Positions 1-14,734 of a stretch of 64,000 nucleotides of DNA are shown here, one piece after another; the first letter of the stretch is position 1, and each line of letters begins with the position of its first letter. This DNA comes from the human T2T-CHM13v2.0 reference genome, Homo sapiens, in NCBI RefSeq assembly GCF_009914755.1, contig NC_060935.1; one strand, given 5' to 3'. Made by a program: the position numbers and the translations under genes. Below the pieces are notes generated by a model. The model was not told where the DNA came from. It saw only the letters and a program-made list of their open reading frames with translations, and made no database searches.

Positions 1-1065
1 CAAAAAAGGCTATTTTGCTGCTCTATGAATGTCTCTGCAACCAACATTCCACCAAAGCATAAAGATTTCATGAATTGTCTTTCCTGAGAGGCAGGAAGTA
101 ACACAAAGTGAGGACCAGCTGGGAAAATCTGGTTCGGGACCTGCAAAGGTGAGCTGGAGCTGCTCTCCACCCACTGCAGGTAGAAGCTGCACACTCTGCC
201 CACAAGCCTCTGTAGTCTCAGCCCCCAACCTGAGGCCATTCAGAGGTCACCTGCAGGACAGGGAGACAAGATATCAAATGACCTGCCAGCTATACTCAGA
301 TACACAGGAAAGAGCCCAGCAGGTGACCTCATATCTTCACGGGAGGGGAATGTAAGGCAGAAGCTGGGGGTGTACTACATGTGGGTTAGACATAGACGTC
401 TTCACAAGGCAGGAAAAGCATTGGAAGGGGCCAAAGACAACAACCGTTGGGGCCCCCCATCTCCCCATCCCTGGCAGCTTCTCCTGCCTGTGCATTCCCC
501 TCTGTCTTTTCCTGCCACCGTCTGACATGGAGCCATTCCCCAGGGTTACTTACTATGTACCAGCTCAGGCCAAACAGAACCACCTGGCCAGAAATGGAAG
601 CAGAAAGAAAGACCAAGGTTTGTGACAGCATATCTGAAGCCAGCCCTCCACTTTCAGGAAAGACATTCTCATTGTAGACAGCCCCTTCTTGGCCAGTCTG
701 CACAGGGGTGGGGTGGCTGAGACTGGGAACTGAATGGGGAGTCAGTTGGAAAGAAAGGGGCACACAGCTTATCTTCCTCAAGAGGCTGGATCGGAATGTC
801 CCCAGAAGTGTCTGAGCTGGGTTTGAAGGCCCGTGGAGACACATGGCTGCATGCTAGGCCAGGCTGCTGTTGGCACTGGGCGCGCTGCCCGGAGGCCTCC
901 GAGATGCTTGACAGCACCACCTCCATTCTTTCCGGTTATCTGTCAGAAATGACATCACTGTTTTGTTAACCTTCTCATCCTCCGCATGTTTGTGGATTCT
1001 CCATCTAGCTTCTATCCCATCTGGCCTTGCTGTTCTGTCTCTTTGTGTTTTTATTTCAGGTGCTT

Positions 1066-1068
<3 letters not shown>

Positions 1069-1110
<42 letters not shown>
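1069..1110. repeat. (AC)n microsatellite, about 21 units
   Basis: Perfect AC run read directly. Confidence 0.97.
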
Positions 1111-1116
<6 letters not shown>

Positions 1117-1339
1117 AACTCCTCCCCCTAATTTAGTTCCTAAACTGAAACAAAAAACCTTCTATTTTCTCAGGCTTAGTTTTCTCCTCTGTAAAAGGGG
1201 TAAAAGATGGGTGTTTCTTTTAGTTCTGTATTCAAAGAGTAGATTAGACTCAGAGGGTCTGAATTTCCCAAGTATTTTTTTTTTCTCACACGTTTATAAA
1301 GACTACTGGTAACTACCGTGCGTCACACACAACACACAC

Positions 1340-1600
1340 ACTCACACGCACTCATTTCATCTTCGCAATAACCCTGTGGGGTACTATTATTATCCCCATG
1401 TGTGATATTCATTCCCTAGGCCTGCCATAACAAAGTACCACAAACTGGGTACAGTCACACATGAGGCAACCGAGACACAGAACTTAACAGATGTCTCTCA
1501 TGTCACATAGCTGGTCCAAGGTGGCAGGCATGCAGGGATGGATTCCAGGTTTCTTGACACCAGCATTAGTGCTCCCTAACTATGCCACTCCGGTATTTCA
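1340..1600. mobile_element. MIR fragment containing a short MLT1-like LTR piece (about 1406-1450)
   Basis: MIR core motifs (attattatccccat...atgagg.aaccgagacacaga...tcacatagctggt) interrupted by cctaggcctgccataacaaagtaccacaaactgggt, which resembles an MLT1 terminus. Confidence 0.6.
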
Positions 1601-1899
1601 AGGCCAGCTTGCATCTTCGCTGTGTGGTTGCTGGTGTGTCATTTGGGCTCTCTGAGTTTAACTTTCCTCATTGGGCAGATGGAGACAGTCACACGGTTCT
1701 TGTCAGAAGTAGCAAGGTGTTCTGTGTGGAAGCTGCCGAGCCCACATAGATGTCCCCCACTCCACAAGAACGCTCCTCTTCATTCTCACTTGTTCTCTTT
1801 CCCTTGCTTTTATGTTGGCTGCTATTTAGGAAATGATTATGCTGCCTTTCCCTGGATATTCTAGATAACAAGAGCCAAACTTGTGGGGAACTCATTACA

Positions 1900-2130
1900 C
1901 GCCAGGTATTGCACTTAGCTCTTGGTATGCTTTGCCTCATCTGCCTTTTATTTAACCTCACAAGAACCCCAGGAGGCAGGTGCGACAATTATCCCCATTT
2001 TGCTGGTGAAGGTGAGGCACCAAGAGGCTGGGTAACTTGCCCCAGGTGACACTGCCAGTTAGCGGTGGAGTCGGTACTCAAAATGAGGTCTCTGTGACCC
2101 ATTCTGTTACCTAACTGCTATCGCACCAAG
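1900..2130. mobile_element. MIR fragment
   Basis: ttatccccatttt...tgaggcac...gtaacttgccccaggtgacac MIR core. Confidence 0.7.
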
Positions 2131-3259
2131 AAAGGAACTAGGGTGAGGGCAGGGAGAAATTATGTGGCTCACATTGGAGGCAGCTTGTAAGTTTCACCCA
2201 CAAGCAATAGCAAGAATCTAAGTTAGGGGAACATTTACAATTACTTTTTAAAAATCAGCCGTCTCATCTTTTTCTCATAATTCATACTATTGGTCAATAG
2301 TGGACTTCTTCACATATTCAGATATAAGAGAAGCCACTCTGACATGTAGTTCTAGATGTACAAACCCAGATATGTAAAGATATGGAGAAGAAAATAAACT
2401 TCGACGGCTCATAGCCTATTGATCTAAGTCAAACACAAGATTGAAAAGACCCCTGCTGCTGTCACTTAGATGTCAGGTCTTCACCTCCAAATCCCTGATT
2501 AGCACTTTGCATTGTCCTGGACAGAGAGAAAATCCTTAATAAATTGTATAGGGCTGGGTTTTTTTCTAGTCTTTTTTTCCCGTCCACCACCAAAAATTCG
2601 AGTTTCCCATGTTCCAGGAAGTGGGGAGGCAGTGGCTGGGAATGGTCCATGACCAACAGCATGGTAGGCTCCACTGGGCTCACAGACCCATGGAACCAGG
2701 GAGCACTTTTGGGTATGGGGTCACAGAGCTGAGCGGCATGAATCAAGGCCTATCTCAAGCAGGGCCCACTCCAAAACGTGAGATAGATAAGTCTAGCATC
2801 AATGCCTGGCAGCCTTCCTTAGCAGGCACCTCTCCATCCCCCTGTTAACTTCTCACCTCCAAGCACTTCTTCACCAGCTATTCCTGTGAGACCTTCTTCA
2901 CCATCAACAGTTTGCTACTAAGATATGTAGCTGTGGATTTGTTTACATGGACTAGCTACCTGAGAGTGTCTGAATTTTAATAAAGGATTTTTGGAGACTC
3001 AGAATCATCAAATTACAGTCTCTCAGAGGGAAAGCATTGAGCCATCAGCTAATCCAGGGATTACAGATTCACAGGTCTCCAGGGGCAGGCAGGTAACTGC
3101 AGGCATGTGAAACAGGCTCATGGCAACAGGGGATGGCAAAAGACTGTGGCAGAATAGAGAACCATGCCACATCTGAGGGCCTTCAAAGTCCAGCTTCCAA
3201 AACCACTCTTCAGGAAAATAGCAAACACAAACAGAAAGAAAAGCAAGCAAGAAAGCTAC

Positions 3260-3525
3260 ACCCTATGTGCAATGTGGTTTGGATCCTGGAACAGAAAAAT
3301 AACAATAGTGAAACAACCAATGAAATGTGAATAAAGCCTGTAGTTTAGATAATAGTAACTGTTCCAATGTTTATTTCTTAGTTTTGACAAATGTACCACA
3401 CTTGTATAAGATACTAATATTAGATGAAGTTGAGTTAAGGGTATATGGGAACTTATTATACTATTTTTGCAACTTTTAATAAATCAAAATTATTCCAAAA
3501 TAATATATTTACTTAAAAAAATAAA
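3260..3525 (+). mobile_element. Old L1 (L1M-type) 3' end
   Basis: ttggatcctggaacagaaaa...tttcttagttttgacaaatgtacca...ctatttttgcaactttt...aaaattattccaaaataa resembles L1M 3' UTR. Confidence 0.7.
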
Positions 3526-3962
3526 AACAACTACATAGCAGGTGAGATCTATGATAATAGCAGCTACCACTTAAACAGATGTGGTGCTTACTATTTCTAA
3601 GAGCTTTATATATATTAATCCATTTACTCCACACAACAATTTTATCATGTAAATACAGTTATTCTCCATTTGTGTGTAAGGAAACTTAAACACAAGCAGG
3701 TTAAATATTTGGCCCAGACTCACACAGCTAGTAAGTGGTAGAGCCAAACTTGTAATCCAAAGGCACAGTATTTTTTCCTACATCAGCCCAAGTGAGGGAT
3801 GTAAAAACATGTCTGTCAGGATCAGAGGCTCAACTGGGTGATGACTTATACCTAAGGGGCAGGGCTGGAACTGCAGTGAGTCAAGTGAGACTGCCCCCTC
3901 CTTGGCTATAAAATGTAAGGGGGCACTACCTCTGACACCTATTAAGATGGCTAATATTTTTT

Positions 3963-4746
<784 letters not shown>

Positions 4747-5487
4747 GATGGCTACCATTTTTTAAAAAACAAAATAGAAAATAACAGCATTTGAGATGCA
4801 TAGAAACTGGAACTCTTTCACAACTGTTGATAGGAAGGTACAATGGTTCAGACACTATGAAACACAGTATGGCTGTTCCTCAAAAAATCAAAAATAGAAT
4901 AACCATATAATTTAGCAATTCCATATCTGTATATATACCAAAAAGAATTGAAAGTAGGATCTCAGATATTTTTACACCAATGTTCATGGTAGCATCATTC
5001 ATAGGAATCAGAAGATGTAAGCAACTCAAGTGTTCCTTAGCACAGAAATGGATAAATAAAATGTAAATACATATATGGAATATGATTCCATATATTTATA
5101 TGTACATACATACATACCTACCATACATGTATATACATACATTCCATATATGGATATATATTTTATTTATCAAGTTATTCAGCCTTTAAGAGGAAATTCT
5201 GACATATGCTACAACATGGATGAAGCTTGAAGATATTATGCTAAGTGAAACAAGCCCATCACAAAAAGACAAATACTGTATGATTCCAGTTAAATGAGGC
5301 ACCTAAAGTTTTCAAATTCATAGAGACAGAAAGTAGAATGGTGGTTTCCAGGGACTTAGGGGAGGGGGAAGCAGAGAGTTATTGTTTAAGGGGCACAGAC
5401 TTTCAGTTTGGGAAGGTAAGGAGTTCTAGAGATGGATGGTGGTGATGTGTGCACAACAGTGTGGACGTACTTACTGCCGAAAGCTGA

Positions 5488-5803
<316 letters not shown>

Positions 5804-5966
5804 CAAGAGCTGTACATTTAAAAGTGATTAAGATGGCAAATTTTATATTAGAAATATTTTACAACAATTTAAAATAAAATAAAATAATTTAAGGTGCACT
5901 GAAAAACTCAGTCATCAAGATAAATAATATTTTAATGCAATATTTTATGAGATCAAAACTAATGCA

Positions 5967-6190
5967 CCAGCCTGGGCAGTAAAGTGAGACCCTGTCCCTA
6001 TAAAAAATAGAAACACATTAGCTGAGTGCAGTGGCATGCACCTGTAGTCCCAGCTGCTGGGAAGGCTGAGGCAGGAGGATCACTTGAGCCCAGGAGTTTG
6101 AGGCTGCAGTAAGCTATGATTGCACCACTGTGCCGAAGCCTAGGAAACAAAGTGAGACCCCATGTCAAACAAGAACAACAGCAACAAAAC
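5967..6190 (+). mobile_element. AluJ-like, 5'-truncated
   Basis: ccagcctgggcag...ggaggatcacttgagcccaggagtttgaggctgcagt; (CAA)-rich tail. Confidence 0.88.
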
Positions 6191-6716
6191 AAATGCAAAA
6201 CAAATCAGGAGGACAAAACTACCAAAATTTTAAATAAAGACAAATGTAGGGACAGTGTCCTTTCAAACTATATTGGACTTGAGACAAGAGGAAGAATCAG
6301 CAACATTGATCCTGAAAAACACAGCCCTTCCCATGTGCTTCAAGAGCATATGAGAAATTTAGCAGTGGATGGGACTTGGGTTGTACAATAAAAAAGCTCC
6401 CTAGATGATTCCGTTATTCAGTATTCCCTACCCCCTGCCAAAGAGAAGACTTACTTTAACATGTTTTGGAGCAAAGCAAGATCCAAAGAGGGTAACTTCG
6501 TTACTGGAAGTCACCACCGTTTAGCAAAGAATTCATGGTGGAATGCCTGGGAACTCAATGGCCAGTGGGGAGACCCTATTGTCCCATTCCAGGACAATTC
6601 TGCCTTAGGGGCCCTGTAAGGTGCTCATTAGGACACCAAGCCTGCACAACACCTGCCAGATCTTTTGCACCTTTTACCCAACTTCCAGCTCCAGGCTGAT
6701 TCTAAAATGTATTTCA

Positions 6717-7004
6717 GGCCAGGCACAGTGGCTCACACTTGTAAATCCCAGCACTTTGGGAGGTTGAAATAGGAGCATCGCTTGAGCCCAGGAGTTTGAG
6801 ACCAGCCCTAGCAACATAACAAGACCCCATCTCTAAAGAAAATTTAAAAATCAGCCAGGCAGGTGGTGCGCACTTGTAGTCCCAGCTACTATGAAGGCTG
6901 AGATGGGAGGATTGCTTGAGCCTGAAAGGTCAAGGCTGCAGTGAGCTGTGGTCACACCACTGCACTTCAGCCCGGGTGACAGAATGAGACCCTGTCTCAA
7001 AAAA
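6717..7004 (+). mobile_element. AluJ
   Basis: Full Alu with TSD taaaatgtatttca / taaaatgtgtttca. Confidence 0.93.
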
Positions 7005-7615
7005 TAAAATGTGTTTCAAACTTAATCACTCAACACCCTGCTGCCCTTAGCCAACTCACTTGGGACGTTTCAGATGGAAGGCAGCAGCGGGACAAGTCTC
7101 TGCAGAAACACTGGGGTTTAGGTGCTGCCATTAACAATGCAAATTCAGGGGAGTGTCAGCTGATTTATTCAACAGCACCTTTGGCATGTCCTCGCACCCC
7201 ACTCAGTTTCATCTATCATCCCCTGTCAGCCCTGGGAGCGGGCTGGATGGGCTACATGTGCTAACCAAGTTCCATTAATATTGTCTCAGGGCTCTGGATT
7301 TATGGAGGCTTATTTCTTAATTTTTGGATTCCAATGATTACAGTTATGAGATCCTGTCATAGTCCTGTAGGCTCTCACCCTCTCTCTGAATGTTTCTGTT
7401 TTCTTTACCAAGGAGCAGACAACTCATTTCCTTCTTTCTCAGCCTGCAGGGTCTGGCCCTGTCTGCCTCTCAGAGTGCACTGCCAGCCCCTACCCTGGCC
7501 CTCTCCAGCCTCCAGTAGCTCAGCTGACCCCATGACCTTTGCAATGCTTCTCTTTTCTCCTTGTATACCTCTCCCCTTCCCACCTTTCTCCATTCTCCAG
7601 CCTCTTCTCCCAGTT

Positions 7616-7840
7616 CAGTGAGTCTCCACTGGGGGTGATGCTGCCCTGCAGGGGACATCTGGCAATGTCTGCAGGCATTTTGACTGTCACAACTGGGGCT
7701 AGTGGGTGGTGCTACTGGCATCTAGTGGGTGGAGGTCAAGGCTGCTGCTCAAGATTCTACAAGGCACATGACAGCCTCCCCTGCCTTCAAAGAATGATCC
7801 AGCCCAAAGCATTAATTAGGGCTGAGATTGAGAAACCCTG
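7616..7840 (+). mobile_element. MER20 DNA transposon (hAT-Charlie)
   Basis: ggggacatctggcaatgtctg...tgctactggcatctagtgggtggagg...gagaaaccctg matches MER20 consensus. Confidence 0.85.
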
Positions 7841-8844
7841 CTCCAGCTAAGCAAATCATCAGCTGAAACTCAAGGATCACTTTCTCTCCTGGGGAAGCTG
7901 GCTCAGAGGGCACTCTCCTGCCATCCTCACCCCAACACCACCACCATCACCACCCAAATGCACACCAGACTATGCCATTTTCAGGGCATACCCCTTCTTT
8001 CCTTTAGGGTACTCATTTTAGTTTGTCCCCCATTGTATTTCTGTGCTCTGTGTGATGAGTATCTACCCCCACACTCAAAGCTGCACAAGATCGGGGACTT
8101 CTTGCTGATCCTGTATCTGTGTCTATGATCGAGTGTCTGTGTCTGTGATCAGCACTGGATCCCCAGGGCAGAGCAGGTTGCTTGATGCACAGTAGGTTCT
8201 CAACAAACAATTGAAACAATCAATGAATCCTCCTTCTATGCCTCTTTGGAGGGCCCACCAGATTCAGGGCAGCCTCTAAGACCTGCCGAACTGAAATTGT
8301 GGGGAAAGGGTCAGCCTGTGTGTACCACTGGGAGCAGAGAGTGAGGGGTGAACACATCTGGATAAACTTCCTCACCCCTCTGTCAGCAAATATTTATTGA
8401 GGCACTTATTTTATGCCAGGAACTGTTGGATATTAATTGCAGTCATGTACAAGACGGATGTAAGTCTTGACCTCATCGATCTTTGATCTTTTGGAAAGAC
8501 AGTCATCAAATGAGTGATGAATGTTTCAAAGGGAAAGGAAGTGGGGCTGTGGATACCCATGCTGGGAAAATCTAAACTTGTCTAGGTGGGAAGGATGAAA
8601 GGGCTCTTTTTTCTTCTTCCTCTTTTGTGTGGTCCTCCTCTTTGACCTCTACCTCCCATCTCAGGGCTGGGATTAATGTGACCTATGTTCAAAGTTATCT
8701 TTGGGAATCATCCCAAAGCAGATAGGCACAACCTAAGGGTGTACAAGACAACTACTGGGAGATAAATAGAAAATATTAGATCTTGTTATATTTATTTTAA
8801 TGTCATCCTTGTTTGAATTTTTATCTAGGAGTATGTTTTATAAT

Positions 8845-9303
8845 CTCCAAATTGGGTCCATAGAAGCAGACTCTGAAACATAGAGTTGCAGGCAGGTTTG
8901 TTGGGGAGTAGTCCCAGTTGGTACACTTGGGACTGTATCAACTTGCCACTATATGGAAGTGAGGAGGGCAGTACTGGGCATAGGAGAAAGCTGACCTAAA
9001 ATGCACATGCAACAGAGGTCTCAACAAACCCTACCGGGAGCTCCGGGGCTGTGATAGCCCTTGAGAGTGGTCTTGCATTGAGGCAATGGAGTGGGGTCTT
9101 TATATCCCCATCAGTCAGTCACTGGCTACAAGCCACCCTCTGGGAGTACATGGCCTTGGGTGAGCTGTTTGTTATAGCCAAGGGCAGTTTCCAATCAGGA
9201 ATGTAGCTGTGAGGCTTTGGCAACAAATATTTCCAGTTGCTGGGAGGTGGTGGCATTAACTCTAAAGAGAGGGTCTAGGCAGAGCACCACAGTGTCCACC
9301 ACA
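8845..9303 (-). mobile_element. LTR16-like (ERVL) solo LTR
   Basis: gaagcagactctga...ggagctccggggct...tcagtcactggct...tggccttgggtgag resembles the LTR at 40351-40889. Confidence 0.65.
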
Positions 9304-9694
9304 AGAATCTATTTCTACAGCAATACATGTGAATTCCACACGTGTGCGCATGCATATGCATGCACACACATACACACTTCAAAAATTGTGTGTGTGTGAC
9401 CCAAAATGTTATGCTGGTAGGGGCATGCCATATAGATAATGTGGTGACCACCAATTTAGAGTAGATGTACCCAAATGATAAAAGGAGTTGTTTTTATCAG
9501 TCTGCCCCCACTCTCCCATTATCATTATGGGCATCATTTCAAAAACGTTTCTCCCAAGCTGCTATAATAAATAATGCATTTATTCCCTCATTTTGAAAAT
9601 AACAAAGGACAAAACAACTGTGGGTGATAGAAAACAAGACAGAGAACAACCAAAACTAATTTGATTTGGAATTCTGATATGATTGTATTTTTGT

Positions 9695-9935
9695 TAGCAC
9701 AGTGGTTAGGAGTCTGGGTTTAAAGCCTGGTGATCTGGGTTTAGTTACCAGTTCTACTACTTAGTATGTGAACTTGAGCAAGCTGGTTAATATATCTCAT
9801 GCCCATTTCTTCATCTATAAAACAAGGATAATAAAGCACCTATTTCATGGGATTATAATGAGGATTAAATGAACTAATACATTAAAGTACTTAGGACAAT
9901 GACTGGGATATAGTAAGCACTCAATAGTTGTTACT
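9695..9935. mobile_element. MIR
   Basis: gcacagtggttaggagt...tcatctataaaa...tgaggattaaatga...tagtaagcactcaata. Confidence 0.8.
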
Positions 9936-10987
9936 CAACCTCATTAGTCTACATGGCTTTTTTCCAGAAAAATGGAGGTTTGGGGCCTTTGAAACTATTA
10001 TGGAGCTCCTTGTATCAGTTAAGAGCAGGCTTGCCTATGAGTGACAGAAAATTCAAAGCAAGAGGTAGAAGTTTATTTCCCTTTCACAGTTGGTTTTGCC
10101 AGCTGAGATGACAAACCCACAGTCTTGAAATACCATGAATCCTTCTAACTCTTAATGATCCTACCTCATGGTCCTATATAGCTGCTCCAGCCCCTGACAT
10201 CACATCTGCATTCCAAGCCTATAGCTCAGAAAGAAGGACAGAGGAGTTATCAGAGAATAGTCAGCAGTCTCTGCCAAATGTCTTGACTTTGCTTTTAACA
10301 TGGGAAGGGCAGGAAGGCACAGCCCATTACCGACGATGCTTCACTGATAACTAACATTGAATCCATAACATCTAGAACTGTTCTTTCCTTTGGTCTGAAG
10401 CTGAACACAGTGATCCCTTGGAGCTCACCTTTGGCATGGCACCTGGAACAGATTCTAACTAAACCACCAGTTGAAGGCCTTCTCCTCACTTGGTCCCTCA
10501 AGGAACCTCCTTCTTCTGCAGGGGCTTTCTAATCACACAACCCTTATAGGCCCCTGAGTCCTCTAAATTATTCTACTTGTTCTCCCTCACCTGACCATTT
10601 CCCTTCCTTGGCCTTTAAGCTGACTTCAGCCATTCCTTTTCATCCAGTTTTCAGTGTTGTGGTCATTTTTCCTGCTGAAGATGGAGAGACCGTAGGATGG
10701 CTGTGTTTCAGGAGAGGAGGGAACAGTCAGACGTGTTCACTGCATAGGGGTCACCTCCTACAGCCACTCCTGTTATGTAAGGCCATCTCTGTGTCTTTGC
10801 CACTTTGATGTTCTTTTTACCAAAAGCTGCCTCTCTAGCCTGGCTGAGTGTAATGCCAGCCCCAGAAGGAGGCAGTGGTGTAGTGGTGGGTTGTGTTCTA
10901 GGACAGATTCCCCACTTCCCCTTCACGGACCAGTAAGGACTCCTGGGAGTAGAGCACACCATGCTAGTGAGGCCCAGGTTACTCATG

Positions 10988-11006
10988 CAGCCCCTAGAGG
11001 GCAGTA
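10988..11006 (+). promoter_or_regulatory. Candidate CTCF site
   Basis: cagcccctagagggcagta fits the CTCF core CCNCYAGRKGGCRS. Binding is not shown by sequence alone. Confidence 0.45.
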
Positions 11007-11089
11007 GACTTTACTCCTCATCAAGGCCAGGCAATTGCCTAGCCCTGCCAACACTTGCCTAACCTTTTACAACTTAATCACTAAAAGGA

Positions 11090-11730
11090 ATGCCAACTAA
11101 TTACTGGGCATCCACTGTGTCAGGGATTAAATCGGTTCATCAAATCCTAACAACAGCCCTGCAAGATGGGGGAGTTTAGCTCCATTTTACAAATGAGGAA
11201 ACCAAAGACCAGAGAGGTTGAGTAACTTACCCAAGGCTATAGATCTAGAAAGTGGTAGGACCAGGACTGCAACTCAGGTCTGATGCCCAGACTATGTTCT
11301 TTATCCTATGTGAGTTGTCTCTCATTAAATGTCCATAATTAGTCAGTGGTACGGAGAGGGGGGTATGGAGAATCAACACAATGAATGCAATGAATATTTA
11401 CTAAGCTTCTACTAAGTGCCAGGTACCAGGGATACAAAGATGGATAAGACATGATCCTCAAGAAATGTCAGTTTAGCCAGGAATACAGTCGTGGACATGG
11501 ATTACTTCAGGCCAGTGTACTAAGGGCAAAGATCTTATGAATACTCAGCAGCATAATCCATACTTGGGTAGAAATTTAAGAGAGGGAGCAGGAGGAATCA
11601 CAGGAAGCTTCCTGGAAAGGACCATCTCTGAGCTGAGTCTTAAAGGGTGAATTTGAGTAGACAGGTAGATAATGTAAAAGGCATTTCAGGCAGAGGACAC
11701 AAAACATGCAAAGGTCAGGAGGTAGGGCCG
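11090..11730. mobile_element. MIR (about 11090-11310) and L2 (about 11380-11730) fragments
   Basis: ccattttacaaatgaggaaacc...agagaggttgagtaacttacccaagg (MIR); aatatttactaagcttctactaagtgccagg...ctgagtcttaaagg (L2). Confidence 0.7.
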
Positions 11731-11843
11731 GTATAACATACCAGCCATATACTCTGTATGTATAGGCTCCAGTGTAGCATTTCAGTATACACCCAGCAAA
11801 CATTTTTCACCAAATAAATGCATTCTCCTCCTGCAATGGGTAG

Positions 11844-11845
<2 letters not shown>

Positions 11846-11894
<49 letters not shown>

Positions 11895-11903
11895 TACACA
11901 CAC
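11846..11903. repeat. (AC)n microsatellite, about 22 perfect units plus degenerate tail
   Basis: Read directly. Confidence 0.97.
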
Positions 11904-12790
11904 CCCAAAAACCTTTCTGGTCACTCCATTAATTTTTCAGTCACATTCTTCTTGTCTTTTCTCCTGCCTCAGCCTGGCTCCCACTTCTGCCTCCTCCCCT
12001 GTTCTCAGGTTCTCTATGTAGAATGTTCTGATTTCACCAGAAGACTTTTTTTGCCATGGTCCTGAAACTCCATTTTGCTTGCATTCATTGGAAGCCAAAT
12101 GAATGTTGTACTTCTTGGAGTTCTGCTGAGATGTTGGGGGGCTGAAAGCCAGCGTCTTGGGTGAGTGAGGTCTTCATAGAGACTTCAGGTTTAAGTAAGA
12201 CTGAGCCCATCTGCTGCTTCCATCCTTCCCAAACCTGGTTCCCAAGCAGCACTGGTGTCAGTCTAGCCCATTGAGGAGCTTTGCCTCCCATTGGCTCCCA
12301 GATTTTAGTTGCCGGGACACCTGAAGGAGAAGAAGGGTGTTGGTCCTCAATTCCCTCCAGCCTCATGTTGCCGTGGCCTTTATCCACGCCTCCGTGCTGG
12401 GTCCCAGCCTCTTGATTTCCCTTTCTCCTCTTACTCCAGGCCTGTCTCCCCCATCCCCAGAAACAGTGTAACCTATGCTTAGAAAATTAAGTTTTACAGG
12501 TTTCAGTCAGGGGCAGGAATTTCTAAGGGTGGGATTTTAATATCAGTGTTCGAGTTGATTCTCCCAGCATTTCTTGGGGTGGGAACCCCCCTAGCACCCC
12601 TGAAATCATACAAGCCTGTTAAGACAGTGGAGCTATATAGACCTGGGTAAATAACTCTATGCTCACACAAACCTGAGTTCAAATATGGGCTCTGCTACTT
12701 CCTGGCTTGGTGACTTCAGCCAAGGAGCTGAAACTCTCTGAGCCTCTGTATTCTTGTCTATAAAGCAGGGATAATAGTGCCATGGTGTAA

Positions 12791-13164
<374 letters not shown>

Positions 13165-14255
13165 ACGTTGATTCATTTGACACAATTTTGTTAAGAGCAA
13201 AGTCTTTTTATAATTTAAAGCATATCATGGAGTAATCAAATTTCCTCCTTAAAATAAAATTTTAAAATGTTCAATCTTTTCTATTCTCTTTGGAAGTAAT
13301 ACCTTAATACATTGTACATGCACAGCAGAGAGTAAGCTTTATTTCAATAGATCTGCCCACTCCACTTCAATTTAAGGCAATATGTTGTGGGATGAATTGC
13401 TTAGGCTGGAAAGTTTCATCCAATTTGTAACCTCCTTTCCTCAAACAAATTATAGTTCCTCTCCTCTGGGTCAATTTTACTCAAGTGCTACAACCACTAA
13501 TGATTTCCAGAGAGAGCTATTGTAATTACTTTAAATCACATTGTTTTTGCCATGGTTGTACATACTAATTTCCAGTAGTCCCCCAAACACACATCTGAAA
13601 TTCATAACTACATGGATTTTTTCCATCTTTTTCTATTTATCAATTAAAAATAGATTACAAAGGCAGCAAGCACAAGTTATTAAGAGGGAAACCACTGCAT
13701 TTTTAAGAATTACTATTATTCGAGTCAGTAGCATTTTTCCAGTGCCAGCAATGCAGCCTCCTCTCTATTGTAATGTAGCTGCTGTGTTCCCCCTCTCATT
13801 AAACTTCAGCTAAGGAGAGGCATGGCTTTATTATTAAGGCACCTAGTTCAATGTTTTCTTCTATGTGGTAGGAATTGTTACATTAAAACATAAAGGAAAA
13901 AAAACACCCTCAATTGTAACAAAATCTGTTTTCTTGGAAACAGTTTTTACAATTTTGCAAAGGGATGACTTTGTTACTTTATAAAACAACTTCCCAGTGC
14001 AAAAGCTATTAGCCCAAACAAACCAATGTTTCTACTGCTAAAATGGTTACGATTAAAAATGAGCAAAAATCCAGCACAAGTCCTGACGTTCTGAGGCTCT
14101 GACACAATTCAAAGGAAGTAATCTCCAGCAATAACAATAAAAATCAAGACCATCTTGTGCAATGGAATGAAGCAGAGTTGATGTACCATGAAGTGATGAG
14201 GCCATCATAAGCCAATGGCTCCACAAACATCTCTGAGGCAGGAGAGCTCAGTGGC

Positions 14256-14354
14256 ATATATATCTATATATCTATATCTATATCTATATCTATATCTATA
14301 TCTATATCTATATCTATATCTATATCTATCTATCTATCTATATATATATATATC
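14256..14354. repeat. (TATATC)n / (TATC)n / (TA)n compound microsatellite
   Basis: Read directly. Confidence 0.95.
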
Positions 14355-14734
14355 TTCCCTTCGTTCTCTCCTCTTATTCCCTTACTTGGACTCATAAACT
14401 TCTTTAAGACATCATGTACCTCGTCTGGAAGCAACTGGGATTTTAGGAGATAAGTGGGGCATAAGTTCAGAGATAGTGGCTTCAAGCAAATATCCCAGGC
14501 AGGAGTCAGGGGACCCTCTCAATCTTGCTGGTGATCTCTGCAGTGAGCACCACAAAGTCCTGCTAGTAGCCTTCAAATTCAGGCAACAGGGAAGCTCCAG
14601 ACTGACTGGCCCGGGCCAGAGCCTAGGTTGGGGCGGTGGCTAAGCAGGGTGGAGTACCTGAGAGACATCCTCAAGAGCTGAGCTCATTTGACAAATATTG
14701 ACTGGCTACTGTGTGTCAGATGCTTTACAGACCC

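Noticed and set aside
386-844. 152-aa minus-strand ORF and overlapping short ORFs at 10-926
   Set aside because: No recognisable domain and no splice context; consistent with chance ORFs in GC-moderate DNA.
1030-1060. Strong-looking + strand acceptor (ttttatttcAG), and GTAAGT donors near 25406 and 29701, as a possible lncRNA
   Set aside because: Isolated splice-like motifs are common; no exon chain can be supported without transcript data.
986-1312. ORF with a THTHTH run (also 11715-12021, and YLYLYL at 14215-14397)
   Set aside because: Translation of microsatellites.
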